Shown here piece after piece: positions 22,084 to 31,989 of a DNA stretch of 64,000 bases. Position numbers and translations under genes: made by a program. This stretch comes from Vicinamibacterales bacterium. GTDB taxonomy: Bacteria > Acidobacteriota > Vicinamibacteria > Vicinamibacterales > SCN-69-37. The number at the start of each line of letters is the position of its first letter. Position 1 is the first letter of the stretch. The stretch is taken from assembly GCA_039925145.1 (NCBI GenBank), contig JBDSZL010000047.1, positions 5,216 to 69,215 on the forward strand, given 5' to 3'. The notes under the pieces were generated by a model. It was not told the origin of the DNA. It did no database searches and saw nothing but the letters and a program-made list of their open reading frames with translations.

Positions 22084-22751
22084 CAGATCAGCCCCATCTC
22101 CTTCATTGAACAGTACTTCGTGTCGGCGAGAATCACGTGGTCGACGAGCTCGACCCCGATGATGGCACCGGCCTGCTTGAGCCGCATCGTGAGCGTCACG
22201 TCTTCCGTGCTCGGCGTCGGATCCCCAGACGGATGATTATGGAACGCCACGAGCATCGCCGCAGCCCCGCCGAGCGCCTCGCGAAACACCTCGCGTGGAT
22301 GTGCCAGGCTGCCGTCGATCGATCCGACGGACACGATTCGCGTCGCGAGGAGCCCGCACCGGGTGTCGAGCAGCAGGATGCCGAAGCGTTCGACCGCGTG
22401 CGACCCGAACTGCGGGAGCAGATAGTGCGCCGTATCGCGCGGTGTCAGGAAGCGCGGGCGCGCTATCGCCGGCGTCACGAGCGTTCGCCGCCCAAGCTCG
22501 ACCGCCGCCCGGATACGACTCGCGTGCACGGGCCCGACGCCTGCGACGCGTAACAGTTGATCGCGACGGATGCGAGTGAGGCCGTGAATGCCGTCCGCGG
22601 CCTCGAGAATGGCATTCGCGAGGTCCAAGGCGTCGCGTTGCTGGCTGCCGTGCCCCAGCACGAGCGCGAGCAGCTCGTTATCGCCCAGCGCAGAGACGCC
22701 ATGACGGTCGAGCTTCTCGCGGGGACGGTCTGGCGGTGTGAGAGCGTGCAT
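22083..22751 (-). CDS. radC: RadC-like JAB domain protein (UPF0758)
   Basis: ELLALVLG, an HhH-like region, and the JAMM motif HNHPSGDPTPSTED. The stop overlaps the larC ATG by 1 nt. Confidence 0.85.
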   Translation of the reverse strand: MHALTPPDRPREKLDRHGVSALGDNELLALVLGHGSQQRDALDLANAILEAADGIHGLTRIRRDQLLRVAGVGPVHASRIRAAVELGRRTLVTPAIARPRFLTPRDTAHYLLPQFGSHAVERFGILLLDTRCGLLATRIVSVGSIDGSLAHPREVFREALGGAAAMLVAFHNHPSGDPTPSTEDVTLTMRLKQAGAIIGVELVDHVILADTKYCSMKEMGLI

Positions 22752-22780
22752 CTGGGATCGCGTGTCTCTGCCCGAAAAGG

Positions 22781-23356
22781 GTGCGTTATACTGCCACCTG
22801 CATGTGTCGTCGCCTCGCGCTCGCCGCCGTCCTGGCCGCGACAGTTGCCTGCTCCGCTCCAGACAAGGAACTCCACCAAGCCGAAGGCGCCATTGCAGCC
22901 GCCCGCGCCGCCGATGCCGCGGTGTATGCGCCAGAAGAACTGAAGGCCGCCGAGTCGGCCCTCCAGAAGTACGACGGGTCGGTCGCGCAGCGCGACTACC
23001 GACTGGCGCTGCGACTGGCGCTCGAAGCGCGCGACACGGCCTACGAGGCCGCCCGGCGCGCGGCAGATGAGCGAGCCATTGCGCGGGGCCAGGCCGAGCG
23101 CCTGATGTCGGACCTCACGTCGCTCATCGACCAGGCGGCGGAGCGGCAGACTGGTCCAGGTGCCATCAAATCCCCCGCCACCCTCACGCGGCTGCGTGCC
23201 GCGAGCAGTTCAGCCACGACCCATCTGCAAGAAGCGCGCACACTGCTGCAGCAGCAGAACTTTCGCGCCGTCACCGCGGACCTTCAGCCGATCATCGACA
23301 GTCTCCGCGCTGAACTCGTCGACGCCGCCCCAGCCCCCGCCCGCCGCGAGCGATAG
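22781..23356 (+). CDS. Lipoprotein, DUF4398-like helical protein
   Basis: Lipobox LAATVAC. Ala/Glu-rich helical repeats include AVYAPEELKAAESAL, as I recall for DUF4398. The start could instead be the internal ATG at 22802. Confidence 0.6.
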   Translation: MRYTATCMCRRLALAAVLAATVACSAPDKELHQAEGAIAAARAADAAVYAPEELKAAESALQKYDGSVAQRDYRLALRLALEARDTAYEAARRAADERAIARGQAERLMSDLTSLIDQAAERQTGPGAIKSPATLTRLRAASSSATTHLQEARTLLQQQNFRAVTADLQPIIDSLRAELVDAAPAPARRER

Positions 23357-23419
23357 CCTCACCGTCGCCTTCGACTGCCCTCGTGCAGTTGTTGCGATCT
23401 GCGGCCCGCCAGATGTGAA

Positions 23420-24952
23420 TTACCGCAGCCAGGATCCGAACGTGATCACGACGACCACGATGATGACGTAGCCCACGAGATCGAGGACGATGCCGTGGCG
23501 CATCATCGCGCCAATCGGGACGTGCCCGCTGCTGTAGACGATGGCGTTGGGCGGCGTGGAGATGGGCATCATGAAGCCCATGCTGGCGCCGAGCGTCGCC
23601 CCAAGCCCTGGCTCGAGGGGCGAGACCCCGGCCGCTTTCGCGACGGCGATGGCGAGCGGCACGATGATGTTCGCGGCAGCCGTGTTCGACGTGGCCTCGG
23701 ACATCACAATCGCGACGGCCGTGAAGATCAGCGTCAGCCCGACGGCGCCAGCGGCCGGAAACTCGGCCGCTACCCAGTGCCCGAATCCTGTGGACAGGCC
23801 CGTCGACTCGGCAAGCTGGCCAATGGCGAGCCCGCCGCCAAACAGCAGCACGATCCCCCAGTCAATCGAGGCGGCCTCTTCCCAGGTCAGGGTAAAACGG
23901 CGGCTGTTCCAGTGGACGGGCAGCACGAAGAGCAGCAGCGCCCCCACCATGGCGGCCACCGACTCGGGCAGCAGCGCGGTGAGATGCTGCACGGTTGGAT
24001 TGGTCGCGCCGAACACCGCCTGGCACGTCCCGGGCACAATCCACAAGGCCGTCGTCAACCCGAACGCGATGACCACATTGCGCTCGCCAGCCGACATGGG
24101 ACCCAGGCGCGCGAGCTCCGCCCTGACAGAAGCCACCGCCTCGGCACTGAGCTGGATGTGCCGGGCGCGCGGGTAGAGCAACACGGCGATCAGTACCGCC
24201 ATCGTGATTGCGACGATCGGCACGCCGAGCATCATCCAGGAGACAAATGACACGTTGATGCCAGCGAGATCGCGGAGTAGTCCGATGCCGATGAGGTTGG
24301 GCGGGGTGCCGACGGGCGTGCCGATGCCGCCAATCGATGCCGCGAAGGCCGTCATCAGCATCATCGCGAGCGCGTATTGCTGGAAGGCCCTGTCGTACTT
24401 GCGTTCGCGACCGAGCTCTGCGAGAAGCGCCATGCCGAGCGGGAACAGCATGGCGGTGGTCGCCGTGTTACTCATCCACATCGAGACGACACACGCGACG
24501 AGCGCGTACACGATGCCGAGCCGCAGGCCGCTGTGCCCCACCCACCGTGACGCGAGTGCCGTGAACGCGAGCCGGCGTTCGAGTCCATGCACGAACATGG
24601 CCTCGGCCAGAATGAAGCTGCCGATGAAGAGGAAGATGATGGGATCGGCAAACGGCGCGAATGCGACCCGTGCGCTGGTGATTCCGAACAGCACCGCCAT
24701 GACTGGGCCCATGAGCGCGGTGACCGCGAGCGGCAGGGCCTCGGTCATCCAGAACACGATCATGAGGACGATGATGGCCGCCAGCTTGTGCGCGGGTGGC
24801 GACACGTTCATGGGCAGGAGAAACACGAGCGCAAAGGCGAGAGGCCCGACGATGAGACCGGTCGTGCGACGGCGGCGGTTGAATTGCTCCTCGGCGGGCG
24901 AGAAGGCCTCGACGGCCTCGGTAACCTGATGTCCGCGTCGGGCGTGGCGCAT
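23420..24952 (-). CDS. DASS/SLC13-family anion:sodium symporter
   Basis: Polytopic protein. Duplicated SNTATTAMLFP and SNTAAANIIVP hairpin motifs are characteristic of DASS transporters. Confidence 0.85.
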   Translation of the reverse strand: MRHARRGHQVTEAVEAFSPAEEQFNRRRRTTGLIVGPLAFALVFLLPMNVSPPAHKLAAIIVLMIVFWMTEALPLAVTALMGPVMAVLFGITSARVAFAPFADPIIFLFIGSFILAEAMFVHGLERRLAFTALASRWVGHSGLRLGIVYALVACVVSMWMSNTATTAMLFPLGMALLAELGRERKYDRAFQQYALAMMLMTAFAASIGGIGTPVGTPPNLIGIGLLRDLAGINVSFVSWMMLGVPIVAITMAVLIAVLLYPRARHIQLSAEAVASVRAELARLGPMSAGERNVVIAFGLTTALWIVPGTCQAVFGATNPTVQHLTALLPESVAAMVGALLLFVLPVHWNSRRFTLTWEEAASIDWGIVLLFGGGLAIGQLAESTGLSTGFGHWVAAEFPAAGAVGLTLIFTAVAIVMSEATSNTAAANIIVPLAIAVAKAAGVSPLEPGLGATLGASMGFMMPISTPPNAIVYSSGHVPIGAMMRHGIVLDLVGYVIIVVVVITFGSWLR

Positions 24953-24961
24953 GGGAATGGC

Positions 24962-25771
24962 TTAAAAAGCGCCCCACCACTCTGCGACGCCCACAATTTC
25001 GGCCCAGCCCGTGAGCCAGATGGTGTCGCTCGTCCACTCGACACTCTGCGTGCCCCCGGGCGACACGACTGAAACCGCGCGGCTGGCGCCGCCTTTGAAC
25101 GCCGCGGCGACGGCGGCGGCACAGGCACCGGTGCCGGAGGCTTCGGTGGGCCCCACGCCCCGTTCCCAGATCAGAATGCGCACGAGGTCAGGAGCCTCGA
25201 CGGTTGCCAGTTCGACGTTCGTGCCGTCAGGAAAAAAGGGATGCACGCTCAGCACGGATGCCAGTGTGTGCAGACGCTCTTCGTTCACGGCCCCGAGCAC
25301 GACACACTGCGGATTGCCGACCCGCAGTACCACGGCCTCGATCGCGTGGCCGCTGACATCCAGCGACTCGACCCGGAGGTCGGTCGGAGGTCCCATCTCG
25401 GCGCGGAAGGTGTAACGCGCGGCGTCCGCGCCCAGCAACTCCAGGCGCTTCGGCCCGGCCACTGTGCCGATGGTGAGACTGTCGCCGGCTGCGAGCGCGC
25501 GCGTGTGCGCCAACCATGCGGCGGCGCACCGGACGCCATTGCCAGAGACTTCGGCCTCGCCCCCGTCGGCGTTGAAGAGCCGCGTGTCCGCTCCGGCCTC
25601 GGTCTCGTGCAGAAACATGAGGCCGTCGGCACCGAGGCCACGGTGTCGGTCGCAGACGTGTCGCGCGAGGTCGGCGTGTCCCCCCATTGCGCCGGCGAGC
25701 GCCGGCGTCAGCAGGAAATCATTGCCGAGGGCGTGGGCTTTCACGAGTGGCAGCGGGTCGGTGTGGCTCAT
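24962..25771 (-). CDS. dapF: Diaminopimelate epimerase
   Basis: The start is set at ATG 25771 (MSHTDPLPLVKAHALGNDFLL). Two catalytic Cys contexts are present: SGNGVRC and SGTGACA. Confidence 0.9.
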   Translation of the reverse strand: MSHTDPLPLVKAHALGNDFLLTPALAGAMGGHADLARHVCDRHRGLGADGLMFLHETEAGADTRLFNADGGEAEVSGNGVRCAAAWLAHTRALAAGDSLTIGTVAGPKRLELLGADAARYTFRAEMGPPTDLRVESLDVSGHAIEAVVLRVGNPQCVVLGAVNEERLHTLASVLSVHPFFPDGTNVELATVEAPDLVRILIWERGVGPTEASGTGACAAAVAAAFKGGASRAVSVVSPGGTQSVEWTSDTIWLTGWAEIVGVAEWWGAF

Positions 25772-25778
25772 GACGCGA

Positions 25779-26543
25779 TCACTTCGAGCAGACGGCGAGC
25801 AGATGCCAGCCGAATCGACGTACCCAGGCGCGCGGCAGCGCATTGAAGACGCCGACGAACCCGGCGTTGAAAAGCGTCCCCTTCCACCCCTTGTGCAAGC
25901 GACTCTTCACGGGGAACCGCTCCGGGATGATCTCGACGCGCGAGAAGCCGCGTACGAGTGTCTGAAATTCTCCGATCGAGTACCGACGAAGCACTGGCGC
26001 GTCTTCGTGCTCGAGCGGCACCTTCATCACCTTCGACAGCAAGTGGAGCCACGAAATGCGGTTGTACACCTGGAAGACCGCGGTACCGCCGGGGCGAAGC
26101 ACGCGCAAGCACTCCTCGACAACGCGGCGATCGTTGGCGGCGTACTGGACGACGCCGTGCGCATAGACGAGATCGAACGAGTCGTCGAGGAACGGCAGCG
26201 TTTCGCCGTCGGCCACGGCGAGGCTTGCGGATAGTCCCGCTTGCATGACGTTCTGGCTGGTGAGCGCCACGGCCTGCGTGGAGAGGTCAATCCCCACGGT
26301 GCGGCCCCCCCCGCGCGCGAACCGGACGACTTCGACGCCAGCCCCGCAGCCGACATCGAGCACCGCCCTGCCCTTCCAGGCGTTGAAGTCGACGAGACGC
26401 AACAGGTGGTGCAGCTTCTCGAAATGGTACTGGTCCAGATCGGCAAAGAACGCTGGTGAACCGGGACGATGGCGGCTGATCTCGAGGTCGTGGATATGGG
26501 CGTCCCAATATCGACGGACGCTCGCGCTCGAGGGACTCTGCAT
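25779..26543 (-). CDS. Class I SAM-dependent methyltransferase
   Basis: Motif I VLDVGCGAGVEVVRFARGG, followed by LRPGGTAVF. Confidence 0.8.
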   Translation of the reverse strand: MQSPSSASVRRYWDAHIHDLEISRHRPGSPAFFADLDQYHFEKLHHLLRLVDFNAWKGRAVLDVGCGAGVEVVRFARGGGRTVGIDLSTQAVALTSQNVMQAGLSASLAVADGETLPFLDDSFDLVYAHGVVQYAANDRRVVEECLRVLRPGGTAVFQVYNRISWLHLLSKVMKVPLEHEDAPVLRRYSIGEFQTLVRGFSRVEIIPERFPVKSRLHKGWKGTLFNAGFVGVFNALPRAWVRRFGWHLLAVCSK

Positions 26544-26662
26544 CGCGCCAGATCATATACGCAGAGCCGTGGCGCCCCGTCCTCGCCGCGTGCTGAGAAT
26601 GCCGGCCCGCGTGCCGTTCCCGGTGCGAGCGTCCCGCGCGGCTGTCCGAGTCGGCCTCACCT

Positions 26663-28309
26663 GTGGCACGATGCGAGCCGATGTCACGCGACCTCAGCCG
26701 CCTCGTCGGCGTCCGACACGACCTGCTCGTCATCGGAGGTGGCATCCACGGATTGTTTGCCGCGTACGACGCCGCGCAACGTGGGCTGTCGGTGGCGCTC
26801 GTCGAGCGTGCCGACTTCGGCAGCGGCTTGTCCTTCAATCACCAGCGGACGCTTCATGGCGGGTTGCGCGCGCTGGGGACTGGACATGTGCAGAAGGCCA
26901 GACGGCAGATTGCCGAGCGCCGGGCGTGGGCGCTCATGGCGCCGCATCTCATCCGGCCACTGCCGTTCATGGTGGGCACCTACGCGGGTGTGGCCCAATC
27001 GCGATGGCTGATAGCCGCCGGTTTCAAGGCGTATGACCTGATTGGGCGGCGACGAAATGCCGGGCTTCCGGCAGAGCTCGTTCTTCCGCTCACGAGAATG
27101 GTGTCGAAGACCGAGGCCATCCGTCTTTTCGCCGGCACGTCCGCACGGGGACTGACAGGCGCCGGCGTCTGGCACGACTACCAGACGATTCACCCGGATC
27201 GCACCACCTGGAGCGTGGCGCTGGCAGCAGGTGCCGCGGGTGCGGTGCTGTGCAACTACACCGAGGCTATCGCGCCACTGCTCGAGGGGAACCGCGTGGC
27301 GGGCGCGCGGGTACGTGACGCACTCACCGGCCAGACATCAGACGTCCTGGCCCGGGCCACGCTCATCTGTGCCGGCAGCGCGCTCGGCGACGTGATGGCC
27401 AACTTCGGCGCGACCGGTGCGCCGCCCCTGGTGCGGGCGATGAACCTTCTCATCGACCGGCCTGGCGGCGAGTTGGCCGTGGCCGTTCGCGGCAGGGCCG
27501 GCCGGATGCTCACGGCGGTGCCGTGGCGTGGGTTCGTGCTGGTGGGTACGCATCAGTCGCGCGATCTCGTTGACGCCTCTGATCCGGCGCCAGGCCCGGT
27601 GCAGGTCGCGGAAGCCATCTCGGAAGTCAATCAGGCCTTCCCGTCGTTTGCCGTTCGTGCTGACGATATCCGTCTGGTGCATCACGGCCTCACGCCCGCG
27701 GTGCGTCGAGCAGGCGTCGCAGATCTGATGCCCGAGTCCCACGTGACCCGCCACAATGGAGCGGGACGACCTGGCCTGCTGTCGATTGTCGGCGTGAAGT
27801 TCACGACGGCCCGACATACAGCCGAGGCAGCCGTCGACGCGGTCTACGGCGAGCTCGGACTCACCCCGCGGCCGCCGAGCCGGACCGGTCAGGTCGCGCT
27901 GCCCTATGCCATCGCACCCGCCACTGCGGTGACGATCGCGGCGCAGCTCGCGGACAGACATCCGGCCTTGGATCCCGCGGACGCCGTCCATCTGGTCGAC
28001 TGGTACGGGTCCGAGGCGCCGGCCGTCGCCCTCGTCGCCAGCGAGCGGGGGCTGTTGAACCGGTTGTCCTCGAGCTCGCCCGTGATGGCCGGAGAAATTG
28101 TGTACGCCGTCACCCACGGCCAGGCGTTGCGACTCTCGGACGCCGTGCTTCGACGCACGTTGCTGGGTTCGACAGGTCACCCGGGGCGAGAGGCCCTGAC
28201 GCGGGCGGCCGACCTGATGGGATCGCTGCTGGGCTGGTCAGCTCAGCAGCAGCTGGAGGAGACAGCGGCCGTTGAACGGCGCTACCCCCTCACACGCGCC
28301 GTCCAGTGA
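26663..28309 (+). CDS. FAD-dependent glycerol-3-phosphate dehydrogenase/oxidase family protein (GlpD-like)
   Basis: DLLVIGGGIHGLFAAYDAAQRGLSVALVE dinucleotide fold, then GSGLSFNHQRTLHGGLR. The start may be ATG 26681. Confidence 0.8.
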   Translation: MARCEPMSRDLSRLVGVRHDLLVIGGGIHGLFAAYDAAQRGLSVALVERADFGSGLSFNHQRTLHGGLRALGTGHVQKARRQIAERRAWALMAPHLIRPLPFMVGTYAGVAQSRWLIAAGFKAYDLIGRRRNAGLPAELVLPLTRMVSKTEAIRLFAGTSARGLTGAGVWHDYQTIHPDRTTWSVALAAGAAGAVLCNYTEAIAPLLEGNRVAGARVRDALTGQTSDVLARATLICAGSALGDVMANFGATGAPPLVRAMNLLIDRPGGELAVAVRGRAGRMLTAVPWRGFVLVGTHQSRDLVDASDPAPGPVQVAEAISEVNQAFPSFAVRADDIRLVHHGLTPAVRRAGVADLMPESHVTRHNGAGRPGLLSIVGVKFTTARHTAEAAVDAVYGELGLTPRPPSRTGQVALPYAIAPATAVTIAAQLADRHPALDPADAVHLVDWYGSEAPAVALVASERGLLNRLSSSSPVMAGEIVYAVTHGQALRLSDAVLRRTLLGSTGHPGREALTRAADLMGSLLGWSAQQQLEETAAVERRYPLTRAVQ

Positions 28310-28354
28310 GGCCAAGGGCTCCGCCGGATATTCGAGCCTGTTCGTGAACGTCTG

Positions 28355-29224
28355 CTAGTTGACGTCGAAGGCCTTGAACACCCAGGTCACCCCGCCCGTA
28401 AAGCCCCACGACGGATCGCGTTCGGTGATGCCGAGCAGCAGCGCGCCATCGAGCCGCACGGGCCCATGCGTGAACCGCGAGCCCAGCCGCATGACGCCGC
28501 GGCTCTCCGTGCCGGTGGGCGGGACGCCGGATCGCGTGTTCAGGCGCCCATTGATCTCGCCCACGACCTCGACTCCCGGACGGACCGCGCGCGCGAGCGA
28601 TGCGCCAAAATCGAGGACGTCGTTCTGCCGGTCGCCGCGCACCGGATCGGGCAGAATGCCAAAGCCGAAATTGCCGACGAAGCGGATCGACTGGACGGTC
28701 TTGGCCAGAGCGAGACCGAAGTGGAAGTCCGTGGTATCGAGGCCGAGGCCGCTCTCGTTGCCCGCGTTCGGGAGCCGCGTGGAAAAGCGGATCGCCATGG
28801 CCGGCCGGGTGGCCGTTTCACTCAGGAAGCGGACCTTTGCGCCAATGCTCAGATCTTCGAAGTCGTTGGTACTGGTCGTCGGCACCTCGAGCATGTAGGC
28901 GAGCGGGGCGCCTGGGTTGCGTGCGGTGATCGCGAGCCGATTCCTGACGCCGCCGTCGAGCTGAATCTCGGCAATCTGGCTCACGCCAAAGCTGAATCCA
29001 AACGTGCCCACGCGCCACAGGTTACCTGTCAGACCTGACGCCGGGTACACCACACCCCGGGCAAAATCGACGCCTGCCTCGAGCAGGATGTTCCCCATGG
29101 GCACGGTCTCGGGATCCTCGGTCACGAGCGGACGCGACTGCCCCGCGGCGGCACGAGGTGAGAGCGTCAGCGCGCAGGCGGCAAGCGCGATCGCGAGCAC
29201 GGATGTTCTTGGAGCAAATGTCAT
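28355..29224 (-). CDS. Outer-membrane beta-barrel protein (MetA-pathway/transporter-like)
   Basis: Signal peptide ending AAAGQ, alternating-hydrophobic beta-strand pattern, and an aromatic C-terminal region (WVFKAFDVN). Confidence 0.65.
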   Translation of the reverse strand: MTFAPRTSVLAIALAACALTLSPRAAAGQSRPLVTEDPETVPMGNILLEAGVDFARGVVYPASGLTGNLWRVGTFGFSFGVSQIAEIQLDGGVRNRLAITARNPGAPLAYMLEVPTTSTNDFEDLSIGAKVRFLSETATRPAMAIRFSTRLPNAGNESGLGLDTTDFHFGLALAKTVQSIRFVGNFGFGILPDPVRGDRQNDVLDFGASLARAVRPGVEVVGEINGRLNTRSGVPPTGTESRGVMRLGSRFTHGPVRLDGALLLGITERDPSWGFTGGVTWVFKAFDVN

Positions 29225-29272
29225 GGTGAAGTCCTCTTGAGCGGGCCCAGCGAGAGCGGGTCCGCGGCGTAA

Positions 29273-30118
29273 TCAGTCGGCAGGGATGACGGTCCCATCG
29301 GGCCGCGGCGCGCGGACGGGTCCGTACGCGGCGTGCGAGTCTCCACGAGGCCTGGCCTGTGGTGGCGAGTTGAGTGTCCTGTCGAGCAGATGGCTGGGTA
29401 CGACGTTGCTGAGCGCTTTCAACATCGACTGTTTGATGTCCGGGTGTTCCACTTCGAGCTCGGTGATCAGTCGTTTCATGCGCTGGCGCTTCAGGCTGAG
29501 ATCGCCGCACGCCGGACAACAGCAGCCGATCACCGGCAGCTTGACTTCCTCGGTGTAGGCCCGCGCTTCGGCCTCCGAGACGTACACCAGCGGACGGATG
29601 ACCACGTGCTGTTTGTTGTCGGACACGAGCCGCGCGGGCATCGCCTTGAGCGTACCTTGAAAGAACAGGTTGAGCAGCGCGGTTTCGACGAAGTCGTCCA
29701 TGTGGTGCCCGAGCGCAATCTTGGTTGCGCCATGCGCGGCGGCCAGCCGGTACAGCACGCCACGGCGCAGGCGCGCGCACAGCGAGCACGGTGTATCCCC
29801 GTCCTCGAGCACATCGTCCATGATGGCGCCGATGGTGGTGTGTTCGATATGGACTTCCCAGCCGCGCTCGGCACACGCGCCCGTGACGAGGTCGTGTCGG
29901 AATCCCGTGTATCCGGAATTGACGTTGACGGCCACGATCGAGAAGTCGATGGGTGCACGCTTCTGGAGCACGTGCAGAATCTCCATGAGCGCCCAGCTAT
30001 CCTTGCCGCCCGAGAGGCCGACCATGACGCGGTCGCCACTCTCGATGAGCTTGTGCTCGACGATGGCCTGTGTGACCTTCTTGGCCACGCGATTCTCGAG
30101 CGGAGTTCTGTAGCTCAC
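29273..30118 (-). CDS. ttcA: tRNA 2-thiocytidine biosynthesis protein TtcA-family PP-loop ATPase
   Basis: PP-loop GLSGGKDS. Cys motifs CSLCARLRRG and CCCPACG. Confidence 0.8.
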   Translation of the reverse strand: MSYRTPLENRVAKKVTQAIVEHKLIESGDRVMVGLSGGKDSWALMEILHVLQKRAPIDFSIVAVNVNSGYTGFRHDLVTGACAERGWEVHIEHTTIGAIMDDVLEDGDTPCSLCARLRRGVLYRLAAAHGATKIALGHHMDDFVETALLNLFFQGTLKAMPARLVSDNKQHVVIRPLVYVSEAEARAYTEEVKLPVIGCCCPACGDLSLKRQRMKRLITELEVEHPDIKQSMLKALSNVVPSHLLDRTLNSPPQARPRGDSHAAYGPVRAPRPDGTVIPAD

Positions 30119-30164
30119 ACCATGCCTCGCGAACCAGAATACCCGAAGCGTGTGCCCTGCCGGC

Positions 30165-31208
30165 TCACGCGATCACCAGCTCGTCGACGACACGTGCCCA
30201 CGTGAGCTGCGTGATGTCTGCCCGGCCCTGGGATCCATACTTCTCTGCCAGCGAGCGGCTGTCGAGCACCTCCGCAAACGCGACCGCAAGCGCGGCTGGT
30301 GACGGATCGACAATCCATCCGTTCTCGCCTGCGCGAACCAGCTCCAGCGGTCCGCCGCTGTCGCGGCAGGTGATCACCGGCTTCCCCGCGGAAAACGCCT
30401 CGGCCGTGACGAACCCGTAATCCTCCTGTCGCGGCACGAACACCACCGCACGGCAACGGCTCAGGTGATTCAGCAGTGCGTCCTCGCTCAGCGCGCCCGT
30501 GAACGTCACGCGACCGCCAAGCCCGAGGTCGGCGGCCATCTGTCGCAACCGTGGCAGGTCTTCCCCCTCGCCGCCGATGACGCACCGCACGCGCTCGGCG
30601 GGCGGCTGTCCGAGTGCCCGGAGGATGAGGTCAATCCGCTTCAGCGGTGCGAGCCGCGATGCGATGAACAGATAGTCGTCGTAATCATCGCAGCGATACG
30701 CGCGCGGCGGCGGTGGCGGGTGCAGCACCGGGGGGGTGATGCCGTTCCAGCGGGTGAGCCGTGCCTGAATCGTCTTGGATTGGGCCACGAGCTTGGTGAC
30801 GTGGTGCTTCAGCAGATACGTGTCCGCCGTGTGAATGATGCGCCGTCGCAGTCCTTCTTTGATGCGTCCCTGCGGTGACAGCCGCGCCGAGAAGTCGTCC
30901 CACAGATCGTAGTACTCGCGCATCGTGTGGTTGAGCCACGACACGTGACGCTCATGCCGCACGGCATAGCTCGGAAACCTGAGGCTGATGACCTGGTCGA
31001 CGCGCTCGCCCGACCCCGTCATCCCGACGTCGGTCAGCCAGTTGGCCAGATAGGCGCTGCCCTGCCGACCGAAACGGTTCGACGGCGTAGTGACGATGGC
31101 GGCCCGGTGTCCGGCGTCGACGAGCGCCCGCTCGAGCGCGTGCGCGATCACGAGGTGTCCCCCGCTCACGAGCGGAGGCGCCGACGTGACGACGAGAATC
31201 ACAGCCAT
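30165..31208 (-). CDS. Glycosyltransferase family 4 (GT-B, GT1-type)
   Basis: The start is set at ATG 31208 (MAVILVVTSAPP). The C-terminal EDYGFVTAEAFSAGKPVI segment is an E-x7-E-type motif. Confidence 0.8.
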   Translation of the reverse strand: MAVILVVTSAPPLVSGGHLVIAHALERALVDAGHRAAIVTTPSNRFGRQGSAYLANWLTDVGMTGSGERVDQVISLRFPSYAVRHERHVSWLNHTMREYYDLWDDFSARLSPQGRIKEGLRRRIIHTADTYLLKHHVTKLVAQSKTIQARLTRWNGITPPVLHPPPPPRAYRCDDYDDYLFIASRLAPLKRIDLILRALGQPPAERVRCVIGGEGEDLPRLRQMAADLGLGGRVTFTGALSEDALLNHLSRCRAVVFVPRQEDYGFVTAEAFSAGKPVITCRDSGGPLELVRAGENGWIVDPSPAALAVAFAEVLDSRSLAEKYGSQGRADITQLTWARVVDELVIA

Positions 31209-31215
31209 CGGGTCA

Positions 31216-31989
31216 TCAGGACGAGGCCGCCGTGTCGCCGCCGAGCAGTCGTGCGGGGACACCCACGGCCGTGGCGCCTTCCGGCACGTCGTGGCGGACA
31301 ACTGCGCCCGCGCCGACGATCGCACGCGCCCCGATGGTGACGCCGTCGAGTACTGTCGCGCCCGCCCCGATCCACGCGCCAGGGCCGATGGTGACGCCCG
31401 CCGAGCGCCGCCCCTGTTCGATGACCGTGCGCTCGCGATCGGCGACGTCGTGATCGCCCCCGACCACGTACGCGTAGGCGGCGATTAACGTCCCGGCGCC
31501 GATGCTCACCCGGCTGGCCGAGAAGATCTCGCAGTTGAAGCCGATGTTGGCCCCGTCGCCGAGGTCGATGTCGCCGTTCTTGCAGGACAGGATCGTGTTG
31601 CGACCGATGAAGACGCCGCTGCCGATCGTGATGCCCGTGTTGGAGTCGCCCTTCGCGTCGATGAGGCAGTTGTCGTCGATCACCACGTTGGTCCCAATGG
31701 TGATCTTGTGAGGATGGCGCACGACCACGTTCTGGCCGAACACGACGTTGTGGCCGCAGCGGCCGAGCAGCCACGGATAACAGACCCTGCGCAGCAACAG
31801 GCCGAGCGCGCCCGCTCGCGCCTGGCACACGAGCACGACCAGTTCATGACGCAGCAGCGCGACAACACCGGGGCGGCCGACAATCAGCCGGGAGTACTTG
31901 CTGAGCGCCCCGCCGGGGCTGGCGAAGAGCTGATCCTGCGCGCGCGGGATGTCGCGCGCAGCGGGCGTGTCAGATCCAGCCTTGGTCAC
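31216..31989 (-). CDS. Left-handed beta-helix (hexapeptide-repeat) acetyl/acyltransferase
   Basis: Hexapeptide repeats run through the C-terminal half (IGTNVVIDDNCLI, ITIGSGVFIGRNT, VTIGPGAWIGAGATV). I propose GTG 31989 as the start, with GGAG 8 nt upstream. The longer ORF to 32082 would overlap the upstream gene by 113 nt. Confidence 0.75.
   Translation of the reverse strand: MTKAGSDTPAARDIPRAQDQLFASPGGALSKYSRLIVGRPGVVALLRHELVVLVCQARAGALGLLLRRVCYPWLLGRCGHNVVFGQNVVVRHPHKITIGTNVVIDDNCLIDAKGDSNTGITIGSGVFIGRNTILSCKNGDIDLGDGANIGFNCEIFSASRVSIGAGTLIAAYAYVVGGDHDVADRERTVIEQGRRSAGVTIGPGAWIGAGATVLDGVTIGARAIVGAGAVVRHDVPEGATAVGVPARLLGGDTAASS

Noticed and set aside
26664-26678. TGGCAC..GC match to the sigma-54 -24/-12 pattern (GG-N10-GC)
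   Set aside because: It sits on the start codon of the GlpD-like gene, so the predicted transcription start would fall inside the coding sequence. The -12 region (GAGC) is also poor.
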